A stretch of DNA of 64,000 nt from Eledone cirrhosa. Lineage: Eukaryota. The notes under the pieces are model-generated. The model made no database searches. It was not told the DNA's origin and saw only the letters and a list, made by a program, of their open reading frames with translations. Below, in pieces: positions 53,401 through 64,000 of this stretch. The stretch is from positions 262,136,001-262,200,000 of the forward strand of contig OZ024741.1 of assembly GCA_964016885.1 (NCBI GenBank), in the 5' to 3' direction. The number at the start of each line of letters is the position of its first letter. The stretch's first letter is position 1. A program made the position numbers and the translations under genes.

Positions 53401-56400
53401 TGTTTTTGCTTACGAATGTTTTTGCTTACGAGTGTTCTGACTTACGAGTGTTTTGACTTACGAGTGTTCCGAATTACGAGTGTTTTGTTTTACGTGTGTT
53501 TCGGCTTACGAATGTTTCGGCTTACGAGTGTTTCGACTTACGAGTGTTCCTACCTACGAGTGTTTCGGCTACGGATGTTCCGACTTACGAGTGTTCTGAC
53601 TTACGAGTGTTCCGACTTGCGAGTGTTTCGGCTTACGAGTGTTTCGACATGCGAGTGTTTTGACTTACGGATGTTTCGACTTACGGGTGTTTCGACTCAC
53701 GAGTGTTTCTACTTACGAGTGTTTCGACTTACGAGTGTTCCGACTTACGAGTGTTTTGACTTACGAGTGTTCCGACTTACGAGTGTTTCGGCTTACGAGT
53801 GTTTCGGCTCACGAGTGTTTCGACTTACGAGTGTTTCGACTTACGAGTGTTTCGACTTACGAGTGCTTTTGCCATACGGGTGTTTCGGTTTACGAGTGTT
53901 TCGACATACGAGTGTTCTGACTTACGAGTGTTCCGACCTACGAGTGTTTCGGCTTACGGGTGTTCCGACTTACGAGTGTTCCGACTTACGAGTGTTTTGT
54001 CTTACGAGTGTTTCGGCTTACGAGTGTTTCGGCTCACGAGTTTTTCGACTTACGAGTGTTTCGGATTACGGATGTTTCGACTTACGGGTGTTTCGACTCA
54101 CGAGTGTTTCTACTTACGAGTGTTTCGACTTACGAGTGTTTTCACTTACGAGTGTTCCGACTTACGAGTGTTTCGGCTTACGAGTGTTCCGACCTACGAG
54201 GGTTTCGGCTTACGGGTGTTCCGACTTACGAGTATTTTCGGCTTACGAGTGTTTCGACTTACGAGTGTTTTGACTTACGATTGTTTCGGCTTACGAGTGT
54301 TTCGACTTACGAGTGTTTTGACTTACGAGTGTTTTGACTTACGGGTGTTTTGACATGCGAGTGTTTCGATACGAGTGTTTCGACTTACGAGTGTTCTGAC
54401 TTACGAGTGTTTCGACTTACGAGTGTTTCGACTTACGAGTGTTTCGACTTACGAGTGTTTCCACTTACGAGTGCTTTTGCCATACGGGTGTTTCGGTTTA
54501 CGAGTGTTTCGACTTACGAGTGTTCTGACTTACGAGTGTTCCGACTTACGAGTGTTTCGACTTACGAGTGTTTCGGCTTAAGAGTGTTTCGACATGCGAG
54601 TGTTTTGAATTACGGATGTTTCGACTTACTGGTGTTTCGACTCACGAGTGTTTCTACTTACGAGTGTTCCGACTTACGAGTGTTTCGGCTTACGAGTGTT
54701 TCGGCTCACGAGTTTTTCGACTTAAGAGTGTTTTGAATTACGAATGTTTTGCCTTACGGGTGTTTCGGTTTACGAGTGTTTTGACTTACGAGTATTCTGA
54801 CTTACGAGTGTTCCGACTTACGGGTGTTTCGACTTACGAGTGTTTCGACATACGAGTGTTCCGACCTACGAGGGTTTCGGCTTACGGGTGTTCCGACTTA
54901 CGCGTATTTTCGACTTACGAGTGTTTCGACTTACGAGTGTTTTGACTTACGATTGTTTCGGCTTACGAGTGTTTCGACTTACGAGTGTTTTGGCTTACGG
55001 GTGTTTTGACATACTAGTGTTTCGATACGAGTGTTCTGACTTACGAGTGTTCCGACTTACGAGTGTTTCGGCTTATGAGTGTTTCGGCTTACGAGCGTTT
55101 CGACTACGAGTGTTTCGACTTACGAATGTTTTTGCTTACGAGTGTTTCGACTTACGAATGTTTTTGCTTACGAATGTTTTTGCTTACGAGTGTTCTGACT
55201 TACGAGTGTTTTGACTTACGAGTGTTCCGACTTACGAGTGTTTTGGTTTACGTGTGTTTTGACTTACGAATGTTTAGGCTTACGAGTGTTTCGACTTACG
55301 AGTATTCCGACCTACGAGTGTTTCGGCTACGGATGTTCCGACTTACGAGTATTTTCGGCTTACGAGTGTTTTGACTTACGATTGTTTTGACTTACGATTG
55401 TTTCGGCTTACGAGTGTTTTGACTTAAGAATATTTTGACTTACGGGTGTTTCGGCTTACGAGTGTTTCGACTTACGAGTGTTTTGTCTTACGGGTGTTTC
55501 GACTTACGAGTGTTTTGGTTTACGTGTGTTTCGACTTACGAATGTTTCGGCTTACGAGTGTATCGACTTACGAGTGTTTCGACTTACGGTTGTTCTGACT
55601 TACGGGTATTCCAACTTACGAGTGATTTTGCATACGAGTGTTTTGACTTACGAGATTTTTTACTTACGGATGTTTCGACTTACGCGTGTTTCGGCTTATG
55701 AATGTTTTGACTTACGAGTGTTTTGACTTACGGGTGTTTTGACATACGAGTGTTTCGATACGAGTGTTTCGACTTACGAGTGTTTCGGCTTACGATGTTT
55801 CGGCTCACGAGTGTTTTGACTTAAGAGTGTTTCGACTTACGAGTGTTTCGACTTACGAGTGTTTCGACTTACGTGTGCTTTTGCCATACGGGTGTTTCGG
55901 TTTACGAGTGTTTCGACTTACGAGTGTTCTGACTTACGAGTGTTCCGACTTACGAGTGTTTCGACTTACGAGTGTTTCGACTTACGAGTGTTCCGACCTA
56001 CGAGTGTTTCGGCTTACGGGTGTTCCGACCTACGAGTGTTTCGACTGACGAGTGTTTTGACTTACGATTGTTTCGGCTTACGAGTGTTTCGACTTACGAG
56101 TGTTTCGACTTACGAGTGTTCTGACTTACGAGTGTTCTGACTTACGAGTGTTCCGACTTACGAGTGTTTCGGCTTACGAGTGTTTCGACATGCGAGTGTT
56201 TTGACTTACGGATGTTTCGACTTACGGGTGTTTCGACTCACGAGTGTTTCTACTTGCGAGTGTTTCGACTTACGAGTGTTCCGACTTACGAGTGTTTTGA
56301 CTTACGAGTGTTCCGACTTACGAGTGTTTCGGCTTACGAGTGTTTCGGCTCACGAGTTTTTCGACTTACGAGTGTTTTGAATTACGAATGTTTTGCCTTA

Positions 56401-57471
56401 CGGGTGTTTCGGTTTACGAGTGTTTTGACTTACGAGTATTCTGACTTACGAGTGTTCCGACTTACGGGTGTTTCGACGTACGAGTGTTTCGACTTACGAG
56501 TATTCCGACCTACGAGGGTTTCGGCTTACGGGTGTTCCGACTTACGAGTATTTTCGGCTTACGAGTGTTTCGACTTACGAGTGTTTTGTCTTACGATTGT
56601 TTCGGCTTACGAGTGTTTCGACTTACGAGTGTTTTGACTTACGGTGTTTCGGTTTACGCGTGTTTCGACTTACGAGTGTTTTGACTTACGGGTGTTTTGA
56701 CATACGAGTGTTTCGATACGAGTGTTCTGACTTACGAGTGTTCTGACTTACGAGTGTTCTGACTTTCGGGTGTTCTGACTTACGAGTGTTCCGACTTACG
56801 ACTGTTTCGGCTTATGAGTGTTTCGGCTTACGAGCGTTTCGACTACGAGTGTTTCGACTTACGAATGTTTTTGCTTACGAGTGTTTCGACTTACGAATGT
56901 TTTTGCTTACGAATGTTTTTGCTTACGAGTGTTCTGACTTACGAGTGTTTTGACTTACGAGTGTTCCGACTTACAAGTGTTTTGGTTTACGTGTGTTTCG
57001 ACTTACGAATGTTTCGGCTTACGAGTGTTTCGACTTACGAGTGTTCCGACCTACGAGTGTTTCGGCTACGGATGTTCCGACTTACGAGTATTTTCGGCTT
57101 ACGAGTGTTTTGACTTACGATTGTTTTGACTTACGATTGTTTCGGCTTACGAGTGTTTCGACTTACGTGTGTTTCGATTTACGAGTGTTTTGACTTAAGA
57201 ATATTTTGACTTACGGGTGTTTCGGCTTACGAGTGTTTCGACTTACGAGTGTTTTGTCTTACGGGTGTTTCGACTTACGAGTGTTTTGGTTTAAGTGTGT
57301 TTCGACTTACGAGTGTTTCGGCTTACGAGTGTTTCGACATACGAGTGTTTCGACTTACGAGTGTTCCGACTAACGAGTGTTCCGACTTACGAGTGTTTCG
57401 GCTTACGAGTGTTTCGGCTTACAAGTGTTTCGACTTACGAGTGTTTCGGCTTACGAGTGTTTCGACTTACA

Positions 57472-57540
57472 AAAATAACAAATAGACCCGGTTTCAAATC
57501 TCTATGCTTTTCAAATTCATTACATTAATCTTTATTTATA
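57472..57540 (+). repeat. 68-bp element, copy 20 (GACCCGG variant, CAAATTC)
   Basis: Direct match to the element. Confidence 0.95.
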
Positions 57541-59119
57541 CGTTTTGCTTTACGTGTGTTTCGGCTTACGAGTGTCTCGACTTACGAGTGTTTTTACTTA
57601 CGGGTGTTTCGACTTACGAGTGTTTTGCCCTACGAATGTTTTGACTTACGGGTGTTTCGGCTTACCAGTGTTTCGACTTACGAGTGTTTCGGCTTACGAG
57701 TGTTTCGACTTACTAAGGTTTTACTTACGAGTGTTTAGGCGTACGAGAGTTTTGACTTACGAGTGTTTCGACTTACAAGTGTTTCGACTTACGAGTGTTT
57801 TGACTTACGAATGTTTTGACTTACGGGTGTTTCGGCTTACGGGTGTTTTGATTTACGGATGTTTCGACATACGAGTGTTTCGACTTACGAGTGTTTCGAC
57901 TTATGAGTGTTTCGACTTACGAGTGTTTCGACTTATGAGTGTTTCGGCTTACGAGTGTTTCGACTTACGAGTGTTTTGACTTACGGTGTTTCGGCTTACG
58001 AGTGTTTCGACTTACGAGTGTTTTAACTTACGGGTGTTTTGACATACGAGTGTTTCGACTAACTAATGTTTTTACTTACGAGTGTTTCTGCGTACGAGAG
58101 TTTGGACTTACGAGTGTTTCGACTTACGAGTGTTTCGACTTGCGAGCGTTTTGAATTACGAATGTTTCGACTTACGGGTGTTTCGGCTTACCAGTGTTTC
58201 GACTTACGAGTCTTTCGGCTTACGAGTGTTTCGACTTACTAATGTTTTTACTTACGAGTGTTTCGGCGTACGAGTGTTTCGACTTACGAGTGTTTCGACT
58301 TACGGGTGTTTTGACTTACGGGTGTTTCGGCTTACGAGTGTTTCGACTTACGAGTGTTTTGACTTACGAGTGATCTGATTTACGGATGTTTCGACATACG
58401 AGTGTTTCGACTTACGAGTGTTTCGACTTATGAGTATTTCGACTTACGAGTGTTTCGACTTACGAGTGTTTCGACTTACGAGTGTTCCGACTTACGAGTG
58501 TTTCGGCTTACGAGTGTTTCCGGCTTACGAGTGTTTCGACTTACGAGTGTTTTGACTTACGGTGTTTCGGCTTACGAGTGATTCGACTTACGAGTGTTTT
58601 GACTTACGGGTGTTTTGACTTACGGGTGTTGTGAATTACGAGTGTTCCGATTTACGAGTGTTTTGACTTACGGTGTTTCGGCTTACGAGTGATTCGACTT
58701 ACGAATATTTTGACTTACGGGTGTTTCGGCTTGCGAGTGTTTCGACTTACGAGTGTTTCGGCTTGCGAGTGTTTCGACTTACTAATGTTTTTACTTACGA
58801 GTGTTTCGGCGTACGAGTGTTTCGACTTACGAGTGTTTCGACTTACTGGTGCTTTGACTTACGGGTGTTTCGGCTTACGAGTGTTTCGACTTACGAGTGT
58901 TTTGACTTAAGGGTGTTTCGACTTACGAGTGTTTCGACTTACGAGTGTTTCGACTTACGAGTGTTTCGGCTTACGAGTGTTTCGACATACGAGTGTTTCG
59001 TCTTACGAGTGTTCCGACTAACGAGTGTTCCGACTTACGAGTGTTTCGGCTTACGAGTGTTTCGGCTTACGAGTGTTTCGACTTACGAGTGTTTCGGCTT
59101 ACGAGTGTTTCGACTTACG

Positions 59120-59188
59120 AAAATAACAAATAGACCCGGTTTCAAATCTCTATGCTTTTCAAATTCATTACATTAATCTTTATTTATA
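59120..59188 (+). repeat. 68-bp element, copy 21 (GACCCGG)
   Basis: Direct match to the element. Confidence 0.95.
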
Positions 59189-59409
59189 CGTTTCGCTTTA
59201 CGAGTGTTTCGGCGTACGATTGTTTCGACTTACGAGTGTTTTAACTTACGTGTGTTTCGGCTTACGAGTGTTTCGACTTACGAGTGTTTTTACTTACGGT
59301 GTTTCGGCTTACGAGTGTTTCGACATACGAGTGTTTTGACTTACGGGTGTTTCGGCTTACGAGTGTTTCGACTTACGAGTGTTTCGGCTTACGAGTGTTT
59401 CGACTTACG

Positions 59410-59478
59410 AAAATAACAAATAGACCCGGTTTCAAATCTCTATGCTTTTCAAATTCATTACATTAATCTTTATTTATA
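59410..59478 (+). repeat. 68-bp element, copy 22 (GACCCGG)
   Basis: Direct match to the element. Confidence 0.95.
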
Positions 59479-60163
59479 CGTTTCGCTTTACGAGTGTTTC
59501 GGCGTACGATTGTTTCGACTTACGAGTGTTTTAACTTACGAGTGTTTCGGCTTACGAGTGTTTCCGGCTTACGAGTGTTTCGACTTACGAGTGTTTTGAC
59601 TTACGGTGTTTCGGCTTACGAGTGATTCGACTTACGAGTGTTTTGACTTACGGGTGTTTTGACTTACGGGTGTTGTGAATTACGAGTGTTCCGATTTACG
59701 AGTGTTTTGACTTACGGTGTTTCGGCTTACGAGTGATTCGACTTACGAATGTTTTGACTTACGGGTGTTTCGGCTTGCGAGTGTTTCGACTTACGAGTGT
59801 TTCGGCTTGCGAGTGTTTCGACTTACTAATGTTTTTACTTACGAGTGTTTCGGCGTACGAGTGTTTCGACTTACGAGTGTTTCGACTTACTGGTGCTTTG
59901 ACTTACGGGTGTTTCGGCTTACGAGTGTTTCGACTTACGAGTGTTTTGACTTAAGGGTGTTTCGACTTACGAGTGTTTCGACTTACGAGTGTTTCGACTT
60001 ACGAGTGTTTCGGCTTACGAGTGTTTCGACATACGAGTGTTTCGTCTTACGAGTGTTCCGACTAACGAGTGTTCCGACTTACGAGTGTTTCGGCTTACGA
60101 GTGTTTCGGCTTACGAGTGTTTCGACTTACGAGTGTTTCGGCTTACGAGTGTTTCGACTTACG

Positions 60164-60232
60164 AAAATAACAAATAGACCCGGTTTCAAATCTCTATGCT
60201 TTTCAAATTCATTACATTAATCTTTATTTATA
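60164..60232 (+). repeat. 68-bp element, copy 23 (GACCCGG)
   Basis: Direct match to the element. Confidence 0.95.
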
Positions 60233-61473
60233 CGTTTCGCTTTACGAGTGTTTCGGCGTACGATTGTTTCGACTTACGAGTGTTTTAACTTACGTGTGTT
60301 TCGGCTTACGAGTGTTTCGACTTACGAGTGTTTTTACTTACGGTGTTTCGGCTTACGAGTGTTTCGACATACGAGTGTTTTGACTTACGGGTGTTTCGAC
60401 TTACGAGTGTTTTGACTTACGAATGTTTTGACTTACGGGTGTTTCGGCTTACCAGTGTTTCGACTTACGAGTGTTTCGGCTTACGAGTGTTTCGACTTAC
60501 TAAGGTTTTTACTTACGAGTGTTTCGGCGTACGAGTGTTTTGACTTACGAGTGTTTCGACTTACGAGTGTTTTCACTTACGAATGTTTTTCAGCTTACGG
60601 GTGTTTCGGCTTACGAGTGTTTCGACTTACGAGTGTTTCGGCTTGCGAGTGTTTCGACTTACTAATGTTTTTACTTACGAGTGTTTCGGCGTACGAGTGT
60701 TTCGACTTACGAGTGTTTCGACTTACGGGTGCTTTGACTTACGGGTGTTTCGACTTACGAGTGTTTCGACTTACGAGTGTTTTGACTTAAGGGTGTTTCG
60801 ACTTACGAGTGTTTCGACTTACGAGTGTTTCGACTTACGAGTGTTTCGGCTTACAAGTGTTTTGACTTAAGTATGTTTCGACTTACGAGTGTTTCGATAC
60901 GAATGTTTCGACTTACGAGTGTTCTGACTTACGAGTGTTCTGATTTACGGATGTTTCGACATACGAGTGTTTCGACTTACGAGTGTTTCGACTTACGAGT
61001 GTTTTGACTTACGGGTGTTTTGACATACGAGTGTTTCGATACGAGTGTTTCGACTTACGAATGTTCTAACTTACGAGTGTTCTGACTTACGAGTGTTCTG
61101 ACTTACGAGTGTTCTGACTTATGAGTGTTCTGACTTACGAGTGTTCCGACTTACGAGTGTTCCGACTTACGAGTGTTTCGGCATACGAGTGTTTCGGCTT
61201 ACGAGTGTTTCGACTTACGAGTGTTTCGACTTACGAGTGTTCCGACTTACGGGTGCTTCGACATACGAGTGTTTGGGCTTACGGTGTTTCGGCTTACGAG
61301 TGTTTCGAGTTACGAGTGTTTTGACTTACGCGTGTTTTGACATACGAGTTTTTCGATACGAGTGTTCTGACTTACGAGTGTTCTGACTTACGAGTGTTCT
61401 GACTTACGAGTGTTCCGACTTTACGAGTGTTTCGGCTCACGAGTGTTTCGGCTTACGAGTGTTTCGACTTACG

Positions 61474-61542
61474 AAAATAACAAATAGACGCGGTTTCAAA
61501 TCTCTATGCTTTTCAAATTCATTACATTAATCTTTATTTATA
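61474..61542 (+). repeat. 68-bp element, copy 24 (GACGCGG, CAAATTC)
   Basis: Direct match to the element. Confidence 0.95.
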
Positions 61543-62132
61543 CGTTTCGCTTTACGAGTGTTTCGACATACGAGTGTTTCGACTTACGAATGTTTGTGCT
61601 TACGAGTGTTTCGGCTTACGAGTGTTCCGACTTACGAGTGTTCCGACTTACGAGTGTTTCGGCTTACGAGTGTTTCCGGCTTACGAGTGTTTCGACTTAC
61701 GGGTGTTTCGACTTACGAGTGTTTTGACTTACGGTGTTTCGGCTTACGAGTGTTTTCAGCTTACGAGTGATTCGACTTACGAGTGTTTTGACTTACGGGT
61801 GTTTTGAGTTACGGGTGTTGTGAATTACGAGTGTTCAGATTTACGAGTGTTTTGACTTTCGGTGTTTCGGCTTACGAGTGATTCGACTTATGAGTATTTC
61901 GACTTACGAGTGTTTAGACTTACGAGTGTTTCGACTTACGAGTGTTCCGACTTACGAGTGTTTCGGCTTACGAGTGTTTCGGCTGACGAGTGTTTCGACA
62001 TACGAGTGTTTCGACTTACGAGTGTTCCGACTAACGAGTGTTCCGAGTTACGAGTGTTTCGGCTTACGAGTGTTTCGGCTTACGAGTGTTTCGACTTACG
62101 AGTGTTTCGGCTTACGAGTGTTTCGAATTACG

Positions 62133-62201
62133 AAAATAACAAATAGACGGGGTTTCAAATCTCTATGCTTTTCAAATTCATTACATTAATCTTTATTTAT
62201 A
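62133..62201 (+). repeat. 68-bp element, copy 25 (GACGGGG variant, CAAATTC)
   Basis: Direct match to the element. Confidence 0.95.
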
Positions 62202-64000
62202 CGTTTCGCTTTACGAGTGTTTCGGCGTACGAGTGTTTCGACTTACGAGTGTTTTAACTTACGTGTGTTTCGGCTTATGAGTGTTTCGACTTACGAGTGT
62301 TTTTACTTACGGTGTTTCGGCTTACGAGTATTTCGACATACGAGTGTTTTGACTTAAGAGTGTTTCGACTTACGAGTGTTTCGACTTACGAGTGTTTCGA
62401 CTTACGAGTGTTTCGTCTTACGAGTGTTTTGACTTAAGGATGTTTCGACTTACGAGAGTTTCGATACGAGTGTTTCGACTTACGAGTGTTTTGACTTACG
62501 GTGTGTCGGCTTACGAGTGTTTCGACTAACGAGTGTTTTGACTTACGGGTGTTTTGACATACGATTGTTTCGATACGAGTGTTCTGACTTACGAGTGTTC
62601 TGACTTACGTGTTTTGACTTACGAGTGTTCTGACTTACGAGTGTTCCGACTTACGAGTGTTCCGACTTACGAGTGTTTCGGCTTACGAGTGTTTCCGGCT
62701 TACGAGTGTTTCGACTTACGAGTGTTTTGACTTACGGTGTTTCGGCTTACGAGTGATTCGACTTACTAATGTTTTTACTTACGAGTGTTTCGGCGTACGA
62801 GTGTTTTGACTTACGAGTGTTTCGACTTACGAGTGTTTTGACTTACGAATGTTTTGACTTACGGGTGTTTCGGCTTACGAGTGTTTCGACTTACGAGTGT
62901 TTCGGCTTGCGAGTGTTTCGACTTACTAATGTTTTTACTTAAGAGTGTTTCGGCGTACGAGTGTTTCGACTTACGAGTGTTTCGACTTACAGGTGCTTTG
63001 ACTTAAGGGTGTTTCGACTTACGAGTGTTTCGACTTACGAGTGTTTCGACTTACGAGTGTTTCGGCTTACGAGTGTTTTGACTTAAGGATGTTTCGACTT
63101 ACGAGTGTTTCGATACGAGTGTTTCGACTTACGAGTGTTTCGACTTACGAGTGTTTCGACTTACGAATGTTCTGACTTACGAGTGCTCTGACTTACGAGT
63201 GTTCTGATTTACGAGTGTTCTGACTTACGAGTGTTCTGACTTACGAGCGTTCTGATTTACGAGTGTTCCGACTTACGAGTGTTTCGGCTTACGAGTGTTT
63301 CGACATACGAGTGTTTCGACTTAGGAGTGTTCCGACTAACGAGTGTTCCGACATACGGTGTTTCGGCTTACGAGTGATTCGACTTACGAGTGTTTTGACT
63401 TACGGGTGTTTTGACTTACGGGTGTTGTGAATTACGAGTGTTCCGATTTACGAGTGTTTTGACCTACGGTGTTTCGGCTTACGAGTGTTTTCAGCTTACG
63501 AGTGATTCGACTTACGAGTGTTTTGACTTACGGGTGTTTTGACTTACGGGTGTTGTGAATTACGAGTGTTCCGATTTACGAGTGTTTTGACTTACGGTGT
63601 TTAGGCTTACGAGTGTTTCGATTTACGAGTGTTTCGGCTTATGAGTGTTTCGACTTACGAGTGTTTTGACTTACGGGTGTTTTGACATACGAGTGTTTCG
63701 ACTGTCGAGTGTTTCGATACGAGTGTTTCGACTTACGAGTGTTCTGACTTACGAGTGTTCTGACTTACGAGTGTTCTGACTTACGAGTGTTCCGACTTAC
63801 GAGTGTTCCGACTTACGAGTGTTTCGGCTTACGAGTGTTTCGGCTTACGAGTGTTTCGACTTACGAGTGTTTCGACTTACGAGTGTTCCGACTTACGGGT
63901 GTTTCGACTTACGAGTGTTTTGGCTTACGGTGTTTCGGCTTACGAGTGTTTCGAGTTACGAGTGTTTTGACTTACGCGTGTTTTGACATACGAGTGTTTC

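Larger units (their letters stand above)
58490..60398 (+). repeat. 1,044-bp-period duplication with a nested 290-bp duplication
   Basis: ORFs 58673->59717, 58945->59989 and insert 59120->60164 all recur at +1044. Inserts 59120 and 59410 share their flanks at +290. Confidence 0.85.
1..64000 (+). repeat. 16-bp tandem satellite array, consensus GACTTACGAGTGTTTC, about 3,900 monomers, single orientation, extends past both window edges
   Basis: The monomer is readable on essentially every line, and I saw no reverse-complement (GAAACACTCGTAAGTC) blocks. Copy number is estimated as (64000 - 25x67)/16. All ORF translations are permutations of one 16-aa string, as expected for a 16-nt period. Confidence 0.99.

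Noticed and set aside
53305-54273. Longest ORF (322 aa)
   Set aside because: It is a chance run in which TGA-generating variants miss one frame. Equivalent ORFs overlap it in other frames, and related blocks (50822, 55063) are open for much shorter lengths.
97-62189. Hundreds of + strand ORFs of 60-322 aa (RLTSVSTYECFDLRVF repeats)
   Set aside because: The TTTC-type consensus has no + strand stop, so all three frames give the same rotating 16-aa string. ORFs overlap in all frames, mostly end at TGA created by TTTT/TTCT variants, and are frameshifted by 12-17-bp monomers. The minus strand has TAA in each monomer, which explains the absence of minus ORFs.
1-64000. CRISPR array
   Set aside because: There are no unique spacers. 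The 16-mers abut directly, the 68-bp elements are near-identical and separated by 0.3-8.7 kb of satellite, and no cas gene is present.
1-64000. Telomerase-made telomere (G/T-rich strand; variants such as ACGGATGT and GGTGTACG recall Candida-type telomeric repeats)
   Set aside because: The similarity is limited to short words in minor variants. The array is over 64 kb with inherited variant order, kb-scale duplications and interspersed elements, which points to recombinational amplification, and no chromosome end is visible. A subtelomeric location cannot be excluded.

Overview
The whole 64-kb window is one head-to-tail satellite DNA array in a single orientation, with no unique flanking sequence. 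The monomer is 16 bp (consensus GACTTACGAGTGTTTC, roughly 3,900 copies estimated from length). Common variants end in TTTT, TTCT or TTCC, start with GGC, or carry ACGGG/ACGAA, and there are 12-, 14-, 15- and 17-bp indel monomers. I count 25 copies of a nearly invariant ~68-bp AT-rich element (AAATAACAAATAGACGCGGTTTCAAATCTCTATGCTTTTCAARTTCATTACATTAATCTTTATTTATA), always at the same monomer position and in the same orientation. Monomer variants form recurring ordered cassettes and nested higher-order repeats of about 0.3, 1.0, 1.7, 2.9 and 6 kb, plus a near-perfect 15.5-kb tandem duplication (16515-31959 vs 31971-47463). All supplied ORFs are artefacts of the 16-bp period (3 monomers = the 16-aa string RLTSVSTYECFDLRVF). 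I found no protein-coding gene, RNA gene, CRISPR array or intact transposon. The architecture resembles eukaryotic heterochromatic or centromeric satellite, but the organism and function cannot be determined from this sequence. The best candidate for something undescribed is the conserved 68-bp element within the variable satellite; any function for it is inference only.
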